A stretch of DNA of 64,000 bases from Paludibacteraceae bacterium (GTDB taxonomy: Bacteria; Bacteroidota; Bacteroidia; Bacteroidales; Paludibacteraceae). The DNA lies in the NCBI GenBank assembly GCA_045119815.1, contig JBGVEC010000005.1, positions 12,642 through 76,641 on the forward strand. The letters are read 5' to 3'. The position numbers and the translations under genes are program-made. Under the pieces are notes generated by a model that was not told the origin of the DNA, ran no database searches, and saw only the letters and a program-made list of their open reading frames with translations. Below, piece by piece: positions 30,474 to 37,711 of this stretch (positions are counted from its first letter, which is position 1; the number at the start of each line of letters is the position of its first letter).

Positions 30474-32021
30474 TTAATTTCCTATTACAATCCATTTACC
30501 TCGTTTAGTTGATCCTTCTCTTCTGATCAATCCCTTTTCACGTAGAGACGTCATATAGCGTTGTATAGAGCGAAGACTTAACTTCAATTCTTGCGAAATT
30601 AACATAGCTGTAACCGAAGGATTGCTACGCATCATATTCAGAATCACAGACTCCTCTTTACCAATGGTTGATTCAACATTTCTTACGTCACTTCTTACGT
30701 CATTTCTTACGTCACTTCTTACGTCATTTCTTACGTCATTTCTTACGTCATTTCTTACGTCATTTGGATCATTATTTGGATCTTTATTTGGATCAGTTTC
30801 GCTTTTATTGCGCCAAATCACCACCCTAAAATCCTCTTCTTGGTGGAACTCTGGTGTTTGCAAACCATAATCATGGCACTTTGTGATAATATCCTCTGTA
30901 CCCGTACCCACTTTCTCTATATAGCCATTCCAATACATTGGATCAGCAAGCAGGGGATTAGTCGGTAAAGACTTATGTGGTCCATGCAACTTTTGCACCG
31001 TCAGTCCATAGGGCAATGCACCTGGATTCCACACCTCTAATCTATCACGGAACAACATCACCTGCACACTGGCATTGCTGGTATAATCTCTATGGCATAC
31101 CGCATTGACAATCGCCTCCTTAACTGCATCCATTGGCAACTCTGGGCGCGTAGGAACATCTGCCGTCTCGCCTTCAGAGCGAGTCCCTACCCAATTATCC
31201 ACACGGCTCATCACGAAGCTCGTGGCTTGATCCACTAACTCAAACACATCGCCTCGATATATCTGATACGATGGCATTGGCTTTTCCACTACCGTGCCAT
31301 AAAACTGCACGCATTTCACCTCTGAAGTAATAAAGTACTTCTGCGGTTTCTTGCCAAACAACAATATCGCTGCATTTGCCAATCGTCCTTGCTCATCAAT
31401 CAAATCCAAATGCGTGAGCAATTTCTCAGGAGCTGTATCCAACGGAAGAGGGAAATTGCGTTTGGAGCGAGCCATATAAATGAAGTTCTTCATCTTCTCC
31501 TCGTCCAAGTCAGCTAGTGTAGCGCCATTATCATTGGACGCATCAAATGGACGCCAGCGAATATACTCCTTCTCCTCCAAATAGCGTATCAACGATGCAT
31601 ATACCGAGGTACGCAATCCCTCCATATCCACAAACGTCTTGCGCACAATCTCCTGCTCTACCTTATGTATCAAAGCCGTCTCTTTTGGGTGTCTCTCCTG
31701 CTCGTTGAGGGACTTAATAAAAATCAAACGACTCTTATGCAGTGATGCAGCCAAATCATATTCACGTTCTGTAGGCGATATGCCCTCTGCATCTTCGTTG
31801 CCATACAAATTACCAAACAATCCTAAATAGATATCGCAGAGTTCTACTTCTCGTAAATAAACATGAGTGGCTGAATACTCATTAGCAGGAACCTCCTCGA
31901 AGATGAAGGGCTCGAAGAACTTGCCCAACAGCGCATCTGTTCGGATGTACTGACAAAGCATTTCGCGTTCTTGAGCGAATTCGCTTTGTACACTACTGAT
32001 GAATATTTTTATACGTTTCAT
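30474..32021 (-). CDS. DUF4062 + AlbA_2 (Schlafen-like) + HATPase_c_4 + wHTH protein; putative nucleic-acid-binding regulator or defence-type protein
   Basis: KIFISSVQSEFAQEREML...CDIYLGLFGNLYG (DUF4062), ...ANAAILLFGKKPQKYF (AlbA_2), ...AIVNAVCHRDY...LEVWNPG (HATPase_c_4), C-terminal MarR-like wHTH. Confidence 0.7.
   Translation of the reverse strand: MKRIKIFISSVQSEFAQEREMLCQYIRTDALLGKFFEPFIFEEVPANEYSATHVYLREVELCDIYLGLFGNLYGNEDAEGISPTEREYDLAASLHKSRLIFIKSLNEQERHPKETALIHKVEQEIVRKTFVDMEGLRTSVYASLIRYLEEKEYIRWRPFDASNDNGATLADLDEEKMKNFIYMARSKRNFPLPLDTAPEKLLTHLDLIDEQGRLANAAILLFGKKPQKYFITSEVKCVQFYGTVVEKPMPSYQIYRGDVFELVDQATSFVMSRVDNWVGTRSEGETADVPTRPELPMDAVKEAIVNAVCHRDYTSNASVQVMLFRDRLEVWNPGALPYGLTVQKLHGPHKSLPTNPLLADPMYWNGYIEKVGTGTEDIITKCHDYGLQTPEFHQEEDFRVVIWRNKSETDPNKDPNNDPNDVRNDVRNDVRNDVRSDVRNDVRSDVRNVESTIGKEESVILNMMRSNPSVTAMLISQELKLSLRSIQRYMTSLREKGLIRREGSTKRGKWIVIGN
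30679..30796. repeat. 12-bp tandem repeat: 7 copies of YTTCTTACGTCA, then 2.8 copies of TTTGGATCATTA-like units
   Basis: Read directly. Encodes DPNKDPNNDPN(DVRN/DVRS)x7 between the HATPase_c_4 and wHTH domains. Confidence 0.95.
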
Positions 32022-32031
32022 ATTCTTTTTT

Positions 32032-32104
32032 GCGGCGGAGCCGCGGTTTGGTGTAGAGTGTTGCTTTGGCTATAGGCAATTGGCGATTGGCTATAGGCAA
32101 TGGG
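32032..32104 (+). repeat. GC hairpin (GCGGC-GGA-GCCGC), a GTGTAGAG word and a GGCTATA/GGCAATT/GGCGATT heptamer array
   Basis: gcggcggagccgc ggtttggtgtagagtgttgctttggctataggcaattggcgattggctataggcaatggg. Confidence 0.85.
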
Positions 32105-32440
32105 CCCCACGGACTTTTTGTCGGATGATTGCCACGTGTCCGTGGAAATCAACGACAAATTCGTAAGTCACTCATTATCAAAGGTCGCTTATTAAATTAT
32201 TTAATGAGGTTGTTGAGGTTTTCGAGGATTTCGAGGATTTTGAAAACCTCAAAAACCTCGATTCCCTCACCTTACTAAATCATCCAAATATTCTAAATCC
32301 TGTAGCGCAGTTTCCTCTAACATGTACCATGAATCACATAGTTATCTCATACTAATCACATAGTAATCTCATAGTGAAGACCGCTTATGAACCCGTTATG
32401 AACCCGTAGCAACCTTTGCGCTACCCTTAGGCTAGTAATA

Positions 32441-32476
32441 GCGTAAGGCGTAGAGTGTAGGGTGTAGAGGCAAGGG
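32441..32476 (+). repeat. GCGTAAG/GCGTAGA/GTGTAGG/GTGTAGA heptamer array abutting the stop of the 657-aa gene
   Basis: gcgtaaggcgtagagtgtagggtgtagaggcaaggg. Confidence 0.9.
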
Positions 32477-34450
32477 TTACTTCACTTCCAAAACACCCTC
32501 TTTTTCGGTGAGGAAGCGGATGTAGAGGTAACCATCTTCATCTACATACTCAGCAAGAGTAGCAAACTTAGCAGCATCAATTACTGCTACACCTTCAGCA
32601 GGTACTGCCACGTACGCGTGTACGTATTTATTATAAGGAGCAACAGCAAACTCGCAAGTCTCAGCCACAAAAGTATGCAATGGTTCTGTACCATTCCATG
32701 TCAATGTAGCACCAGTAGCTACCCACTCGTTGTAGTTAATGCGATATATAGTAAATGCGCTATCAAGGTTGAGAGTCAGTTGATCGTTAGCCTTAAGCTC
32801 TATGCTATTGGCTACGCAAGGAGAGGTAGGAATAACTGGTATATCTACCAAAGTAGAAGTAACGGATAGATTACCTACACTATTCGCATTAAAGCGAAGA
32901 TACAAGTAACCATCTTCAGAAACGCGGTCCGCCCATGATTTCCATTGATCGGAAGTAATAGTCAATGTATCAGTTTTACCACTCTTAACGATAAATTGAT
33001 GATACAACACTGTACTTCCTCCAGAAGTGGCAAGCGAGCCTGAACATGTATCAAGAAGATACATCTTTAGACTTGATGAACCTTCCCAATAAAGTTGTAC
33101 ATCGTATTTTTTCCAATCATCGTAATAAATACGCCATACTGGTGTAGTATTACGACGTGGTATTTCAACATAATCTTCCGTATAAACCTCACTTGATGCC
33201 TTAGCGCATGGACAAGCATCCCAATACAAAGGAGTAACAGTCGTGGCTTTATTCGCCACAAACTTCACAAATACAAAATCACCGCTAACAGCTTCACAGA
33301 GGGTTGTTAGTTCCTTCTCAGATAGCGACAACAGCATTTCTCCACCTTGGTTTACAAAATCTTCAGTCGCAATCAATTTAGATTCAGAATTATTTGCTTC
33401 AAAGACTACATCTGTTGCAAAATACGCTTTTACAGGAGTATTAACCGATGATACGAATTGAATATTGCGCTTTTTCCAATCTATAGGGAAATAGTACACT
33501 TGTTCTGCGTCATTTGCAGTAACCTTAGCACTCTCATTCACTTCTAAACGAATCGCATCTGCCATAGGACCTGATATAGGTTGTTTCTCGACAATCAACT
33601 CTGCATCTTCAACAGACACAAAACGCACATAATAAATACCACCCTTCTCGTAAGAATTGACAAAGTCTATAATTTCCTTTTTAGACATCACATAGACATT
33701 CTCACCATTGCCAGCATCAGGTTGTAGTTCAAACATACTAATTGCAGCATTCTCTCCAGACAATGACAAATCAAATTCACAATCATCACCTATCCATACT
33801 TGTACTGGGGCAGATTTACCATTCCATACAAAACGCACACTATCATTAGCCCATTCAACCAATGGCAGTACGTAAGAGTCATTACCACTCAACAGATCTA
33901 CCTTAACATTAGAAGGTAAGGTCAACCATTCTGAACTCTCAACACAATTACGGAATGTAGCATCAGGAGTCATCGCAATATCACCTCTGCTAGATGTTAC
34001 CACTCTTACAAAAGCTTGCACATCGTACGTAATGCCAAAATTAGCCATCAACTCTCGATAGACTTCACCAACCGACAAATAATAATATTTTCTCCCATTG
34101 CTATCCTCATCTTTCTTAAAGTTATCAAAACGCATAGGTACCTTTATACCCCATCCCATTGTCTCATCTAGAAGTTCTTGGATATTAGGATCCTCATACA
34201 CTCCAGGGGTGCAAGAGAAATCTATATCTAAATACAGTTCAGTAACATTTTCATCCTCTGGATAGAAATAGCAAGTCAAAGGAAGATCGTATGTCCATGC
34301 AGTAAAATAGTATGTACCTGGAGCAGAGATAGAACCCGTATAGGTTCTATTAACAGGAATAGCTGTCTCACAAGTTAAACCATCAGGAGTTTGAGCAGAA
34401 AGTGTTAACGCAAAGGTTGCACACAAAATAACTGAAAAGAACTTTTTCAT
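32477..34450 (-). CDS. Secreted 657-aa protein built from about five copies of a ~130-aa module, hypothetical
   Basis: Signal peptide MKKFFSVILCATFALTLSAQ. Module ends recur: GGIYYVRFVSVEDAELIV, SGDFVFVKFVANKATTV, EDGYLYLRFNANSVGNLSV, EDGYLYIRFLTEKEGVLEV. Confidence 0.6.
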   Translation of the reverse strand: MKKFFSVILCATFALTLSAQTPDGLTCETAIPVNRTYTGSISAPGTYYFTAWTYDLPLTCYFYPEDENVTELYLDIDFSCTPGVYEDPNIQELLDETMGWGIKVPMRFDNFKKDEDSNGRKYYYLSVGEVYRELMANFGITYDVQAFVRVVTSSRGDIAMTPDATFRNCVESSEWLTLPSNVKVDLLSGNDSYVLPLVEWANDSVRFVWNGKSAPVQVWIGDDCEFDLSLSGENAAISMFELQPDAGNGENVYVMSKKEIIDFVNSYEKGGIYYVRFVSVEDAELIVEKQPISGPMADAIRLEVNESAKVTANDAEQVYYFPIDWKKRNIQFVSSVNTPVKAYFATDVVFEANNSESKLIATEDFVNQGGEMLLSLSEKELTTLCEAVSGDFVFVKFVANKATTVTPLYWDACPCAKASSEVYTEDYVEIPRRNTTPVWRIYYDDWKKYDVQLYWEGSSSLKMYLLDTCSGSLATSGGSTVLYHQFIVKSGKTDTLTITSDQWKSWADRVSEDGYLYLRFNANSVGNLSVTSTLVDIPVIPTSPCVANSIELKANDQLTLNLDSAFTIYRINYNEWVATGATLTWNGTEPLHTFVAETCEFAVAPYNKYVHAYVAVPAEGVAVIDAAKFATLAEYVDEDGYLYIRFLTEKEGVLEVK

Positions 34451-34462
34451 AATATAACGATT

Positions 34463-35407
34463 TTAAGAATTTACCACTTTTTGTTTTCTACGATATGCAA
34501 TATATAGTCCATAACCCAATGCCAAGAAGCACATAAACCACACACCACTTGGAATAGGGAAAGCATAGCGATCGGATTGGTCACCAAACCAAGAAAGAAA
34601 CTCCTCCCAAGTCATACCTTCAGGCAAATCACCATTGGCAATAGCAGCAAGATACATTTGGTACAATTTTGCCTTATCGAAATAATCAATTGTACCATCA
34701 GTCCAAACCCATCCATCATTTTCATTTCCAATAATGTCTTGAACCCAATTATCTAGGTTTCCTCCCATACCGGGCGCATTCTTTCTTCCACCAATACCTC
34801 TTGTAGTATTACCGATACCTGCATACGCCTGAGAAGATGCCATAGCGATATCGCCTGAAACAGAAGCCATCACATCAGTTGCAGATGAACCATTGCGATT
34901 GGTGTTATATGCATACAACGATGTACTAGGCATAGATACATTCAAACCAGAAGCAGTTACCACTGAAGAGTTAGAAGACTTAACCTGTCCACCAGACATA
35001 GACACACCACCCACATTACCGCCACCGCCAAAAGAACGGAACTCGGCGCTAGAGGTTGTATGCAACCTTTGGCTATAGGCAATTGGCGATTGGCTATAGG
35101 ACGCCGTACCGGCTATAGGCAATTGACTATTGGACACGCTCGCCGCAGGCGCGTATGAAGAAACAACACCATGGCGGAACATAGAACTAGAACCCGATGA
35201 CACAGTAGGTACAGCACCAAAATAAGAAGCAGGAGCGCCAGAAGACACCACAGAATAGGTACTGCGACGAGAAAGACTGGAACTTGAATACAAATCAGAC
35301 GGACGCCATTCATCTATCTCACGAGTCATTCGCTTCAACAATGAGAATCCGCTAATCGAACATATCAACACAATCAACCCAAATAATACATTTGATTTAA
35401 TTTTCAT
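34463..35407 (-). CDS. Membrane protein: N-terminal TM, Ser/Gly-rich region, C-terminal P-I-P-S-G + TM + RRK tail
   Basis: 314 aa. Shares DEW(R/H)PS and H..S.AEFRSFG motifs with the 181-aa gene upstream. 12-bp gap to the next gene. Confidence 0.6.
   Translation of the reverse strand: MKIKSNVLFGLIVLICSISGFSLLKRMTREIDEWRPSDLYSSSSLSRRSTYSVVSSGAPASYFGAVPTVSSGSSSMFRHGVVSSYAPAASVSNSQLPIAGTASYSQSPIAYSQRLHTTSSAEFRSFGGGGNVGGVSMSGGQVKSSNSSVVTASGLNVSMPSTSLYAYNTNRNGSSATDVMASVSGDIAMASSQAYAGIGNTTRGIGGRKNAPGMGGNLDNWVQDIIGNENDGWVWTDGTIDYFDKAKLYQMYLAAIANGDLPEGMTWEEFLSWFGDQSDRYAFPIPSGVWFMCFLALGYGLYIAYRRKQKVVNS
35071..35133 (+). repeat. GGCTATA/GGCAATT/GGCGATT heptamer block in frame in the 314-aa gene
   Basis: The 30-mer ggctataggcaattggcgattggctatagg is identical to intergenic 32068-32097. 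Translated (minus strand) SNSQLPIAGTASYSQSPIAYSQ. Confidence 0.95.
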
Positions 35408-35554
35408 AATTTTCGTAGAGGCTGCCTTTTACAGCCCGTGTTTGTTAAATATATCCTTAAAAATCGAAACTTCAACACTATTTCCCCAGCATTTATCCAC
35501 ATTTTACGCGTATTTTTTGCACCAATGCAAAGTATGCACCATACAAAAACGCTG

Positions 35555-35562
35555 CAAAATTA
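35555..35562 (-). promoter_or_regulatory. Candidate -7 box TAATTTTG
   Basis: The plus strand reads caaaatta, about 150 nt upstream of start 35407. Confidence 0.3.
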
Positions 35563-35710
35563 CAAATATTTTTTAAACCACGCAAGAAATACAACTTTTT
35601 TTATATATAAAAAGGTAAAATGTAAAACACAATTGGCAATTTGAAAAAAGGAGAAAGGAGAAATGAAAAATGAGAGGTTAGAAATGAGAGTTGAGCTTAG
35701 CCGTGTATTG

Positions 35711-35768
35711 CCCCATACATTAGTACGTATTAATTCCCCTATAAAGGGGGAATTAGTACTAATGGGGG
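35711..35768 (-). other. Long imperfect hairpin between the two paralogous membrane-protein genes
   Basis: cccc..cattagtac(gtat)taattcccc-tataaa(g)-ggggaattagtactaatg-gggg. Confidence 0.6.
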
Positions 35769-35826
35769 TAACGGCATATGCTCAAAAACCAACAAAAAAA
35801 GCAAATAAAAGCCAGAAAAACACTTA

Positions 35827-36372
35827 CTAGCGAGCCATTGGATAAAATGGCATAGAAACCATATTATCCGAAGCGTTTTTTTCTCCAGAAGATGCCTGCG
35901 GATCAAACGGCATTGGCATATACGGATAACCCATCGGCAATGGAGTAACAACCTCGTTATTCATACGCTTAAGATACTGAGGCATAGACAAATACATCAA
36001 ACCCTCCGCACCAAAAGAACGAAACTCTGCATCCGAAACCAAATGCAAGCCTCCACCAATAGGAGTGACACCAAAAGAATATAACGTAGGATTACGCTTG
36101 CCCAAAGCCGACTTAGCCATTGGCATACCCGAACGACGCTTACGCATAGCCCTACGGCGAGCTGTAACCGACTTCATAGGAACAGCCGTCTTAGCATCAA
36201 ACACCTGATCCGCAGCAGGAGGTGCAGATGTAGTGGTTGACGAACAATCGCCCACCTCATTGTATATACTGGAAGGATGCCACTCATCCTTTAACCCTTT
36301 GTTTAGCTTCAAGAAAAACCAACACAAAAAGCCTATATACACTATCGCACCTATAAACAAAAAACGTCTCAA
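35827..36372 (-). CDS. Small membrane-anchored protein, paralog of the 314-aa gene N-terminal part
   Basis: 181 aa, TTG start. N-terminal TM, KDEWHPSSIY, HLVSDAEFRSFG. Pro/Met-rich C-terminus. Confidence 0.5.
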   Translation of the reverse strand: MRRFLFIGAIVYIGFLCWFFLKLNKGLKDEWHPSSIYNEVGDCSSTTTSAPPAADQVFDAKTAVPMKSVTARRRAMRKRRSGMPMAKSALGKRNPTLYSFGVTPIGGGLHLVSDAEFRSFGAEGLMYLSMPQYLKRMNNEVVTPLPMGYPYMPMPFDPQASSGEKNASDNMVSMPFYPMAR

Positions 36373-36408
36373 CTACCTACTCTTTTACCTAATCATACAA
36401 AATCGCCG

Positions 36409-36416
36409 CAAAAGTA
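36409..36416 (-). promoter_or_regulatory. Candidate -7 box TACTTTTG for the 36372-to-32477 operon
   Basis: The plus strand reads caaaagta, about 37 nt upstream of the TTG start. Confidence 0.45.
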
Positions 36417-36462
36417 CAAAAAAAAAATGAAAACTGCAAATATAATTAAAAAAAACTGGTGC

Positions 36463-36575
36463 AGAGTGTAGGGACGAGTGAAGGAGTGAACGAATTAACG
36501 AGTGAAGGAGTGTAAGGTGTAGGGTGTAGAGCGTAGGAGTGTAAGGTGTAGAGCATAGAGGTATGTAGAAGTATG
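36463..36575 (+). repeat. ~113-nt nearly C-free tract of GTGTAGR/GAGTGAA words
   Basis: agagtgtagggacgagtgaaggagtgaacgaattaacgagtgaaggagtgtaaggtgtagggtgtagagcgtaggagtgtaaggtgtagagcatagaggtatgtagaagtatg. Confidence 0.85.
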
Positions 36576-36628
36576 CACTAATTTTACTTGATTTTAGTCA
36601 AAAATTTGTATATATGATTTTTTTTTAG

Positions 36629-36636
36629 TAATTTTG
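36629..36636 (+). promoter_or_regulatory. Candidate -7 box TAATTTTG for ftsY
   Basis: TAnnTTTG match 42 nt upstream of ATG 36678. Confidence 0.5.
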
Positions 36637-36677
36637 CAGCGCATTTAGTGTGCACATCGTAACATTAAAGAGAAATT

Positions 36678-37631
36678 ATGGCATTTTTTGGACTATTCGG
36701 AAAAGAAAAGAAGGAAACTCTAGACAAAGGACTAGAGAAAAGCAAAGAGTCTGTTTTAGGTAAAATCAGCCGTGCCATTGCCGGCAAATCGACTGTAGAT
36801 GAGGATGTTCTAGACAACCTAGAAGAAGCACTCATCACCTCTGACGTAGGTGTAGACACCACCCTACGCATCATCGAACGCATACAAGAACGCGTCAAAC
36901 GCGACAAATACCTCGGCACCGCCGAACTTAACACCATCCTCGTGGATGAAGTAGCCTCCCTACTCGCTGAAAACAATAGCACACAAGTGCTAGACTTCAG
37001 CGACGAACTGCCATGTAAACCCTACGTAATCATGGTTGTAGGCGTGAACGGTGTGGGCAAAACAACCACCATCGGCAAACTCGCTCACCAATACAAAATG
37101 GCAGGTAAGAAAGTCTATCTCGGCGCAGCCGACACCTTCCGCGCCGCTGCTGTAGAACAACTCTGCATCTGGGGAGAACGCGTGGGTGTTCCCGTCGTGA
37201 AACAACAACAAGGTTCCGACCCTGCCAGTGTGGCATTTGACACCCTACAAAGCGCCAAAGCCAACGATGCCGATGTCGTACTCATCGACACCGCAGGACG
37301 TCTACACAACAAGGTGAACCTCATGAACGAGCTTACCAAGATTAAGAACGTCATGCAAAAAGTAGTGCCCGATGCGCCACACGACGTGATGCTCGTTTTG
37401 GACGGAAGCACCGGTCAAAATGCTTTTGAGCAAGCGAAGCAGTTCACCAAAGCCACACAAGTTAGTTCATTAGCTATCACCAAGTTAGACGGTACCGCCA
37501 AAGGTGGCGTAGTGATCGGAATCAGCGACCAGTTTAAGATACCTGTGAGGTATATTGGATTGGGTGAGCAAATGACCGACCTGCAGGTGTTCAACCGCGA
37601 AGAGTTTGTGAAATCGTTGCTTAAGATGTAA
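36678..37631 (+). CDS. ftsY: Signal recognition particle receptor FtsY
   Basis: GVNGVGKTTTIGK, DTAGR, TKLDGTAKGG. Confidence 0.95.
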   Translation: MAFFGLFGKEKKETLDKGLEKSKESVLGKISRAIAGKSTVDEDVLDNLEEALITSDVGVDTTLRIIERIQERVKRDKYLGTAELNTILVDEVASLLAENNSTQVLDFSDELPCKPYVIMVVGVNGVGKTTTIGKLAHQYKMAGKKVYLGAADTFRAAAVEQLCIWGERVGVPVVKQQQGSDPASVAFDTLQSAKANDADVVLIDTAGRLHNKVNLMNELTKIKNVMQKVVPDAPHDVMLVLDGSTGQNAFEQAKQFTKATQVSSLAITKLDGTAKGGVVIGISDQFKIPVRYIGLGEQMTDLQVFNREEFVKSLLKM

Positions 37632-37703
37632 GGCGCCCAACTATACCAACTAGATAATCTAGATCAACTAGTAGTACTAGACCAACTAGCAATCGGCGCC
37701 CAA
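37632..37703. repeat. GGCGCCCAA direct repeats flanking a 9-bp-period CTAG array
   Basis: ggcgcccaa ctataccaa ctagataat ctagatcaa ctagtagta ctagaccaa ctagcaatc ggcgcccaa. Confidence 0.85.
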
Positions 37704-37711
37704 AGAATCAC

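Noticed and set aside
32022-32476. tRNA, tmRNA, RNase P, SRP RNA or a known riboswitch in the long spacers (also 35408-35826, 55529-55970, 9134-9360).
   Set aside because: I could not find T-loop GGTTCGAATCC-like boxes, the RNase P GAGGAAAGTCC motif or other hallmark motifs by eye. This is not excluded without a covariance-model scan.
35438-35951. Small ORFs 35438-35644 (+) and 35739-35951 (-) in the spacer between the paralogous membrane-protein genes.
   Set aside because: They lie in AT-rich or hairpin sequence. One overlaps the 3' end of the 181-aa gene out of frame. Neither has a recognisable motif or promoter context.
23221-36372. The accessory block as a mobile genomic island.
   Set aside because: No integrase, transposase, tRNA target, conjugation gene or long flanking direct repeat is visible. 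Only short heptamer arrays sit at the borders.
36463-36575. G-quadruplex potential of the GTGTAGGG arrays.
   Set aside because: The tract has only two GGG runs and the rest are GG. That is insufficient for a stable canonical G4.
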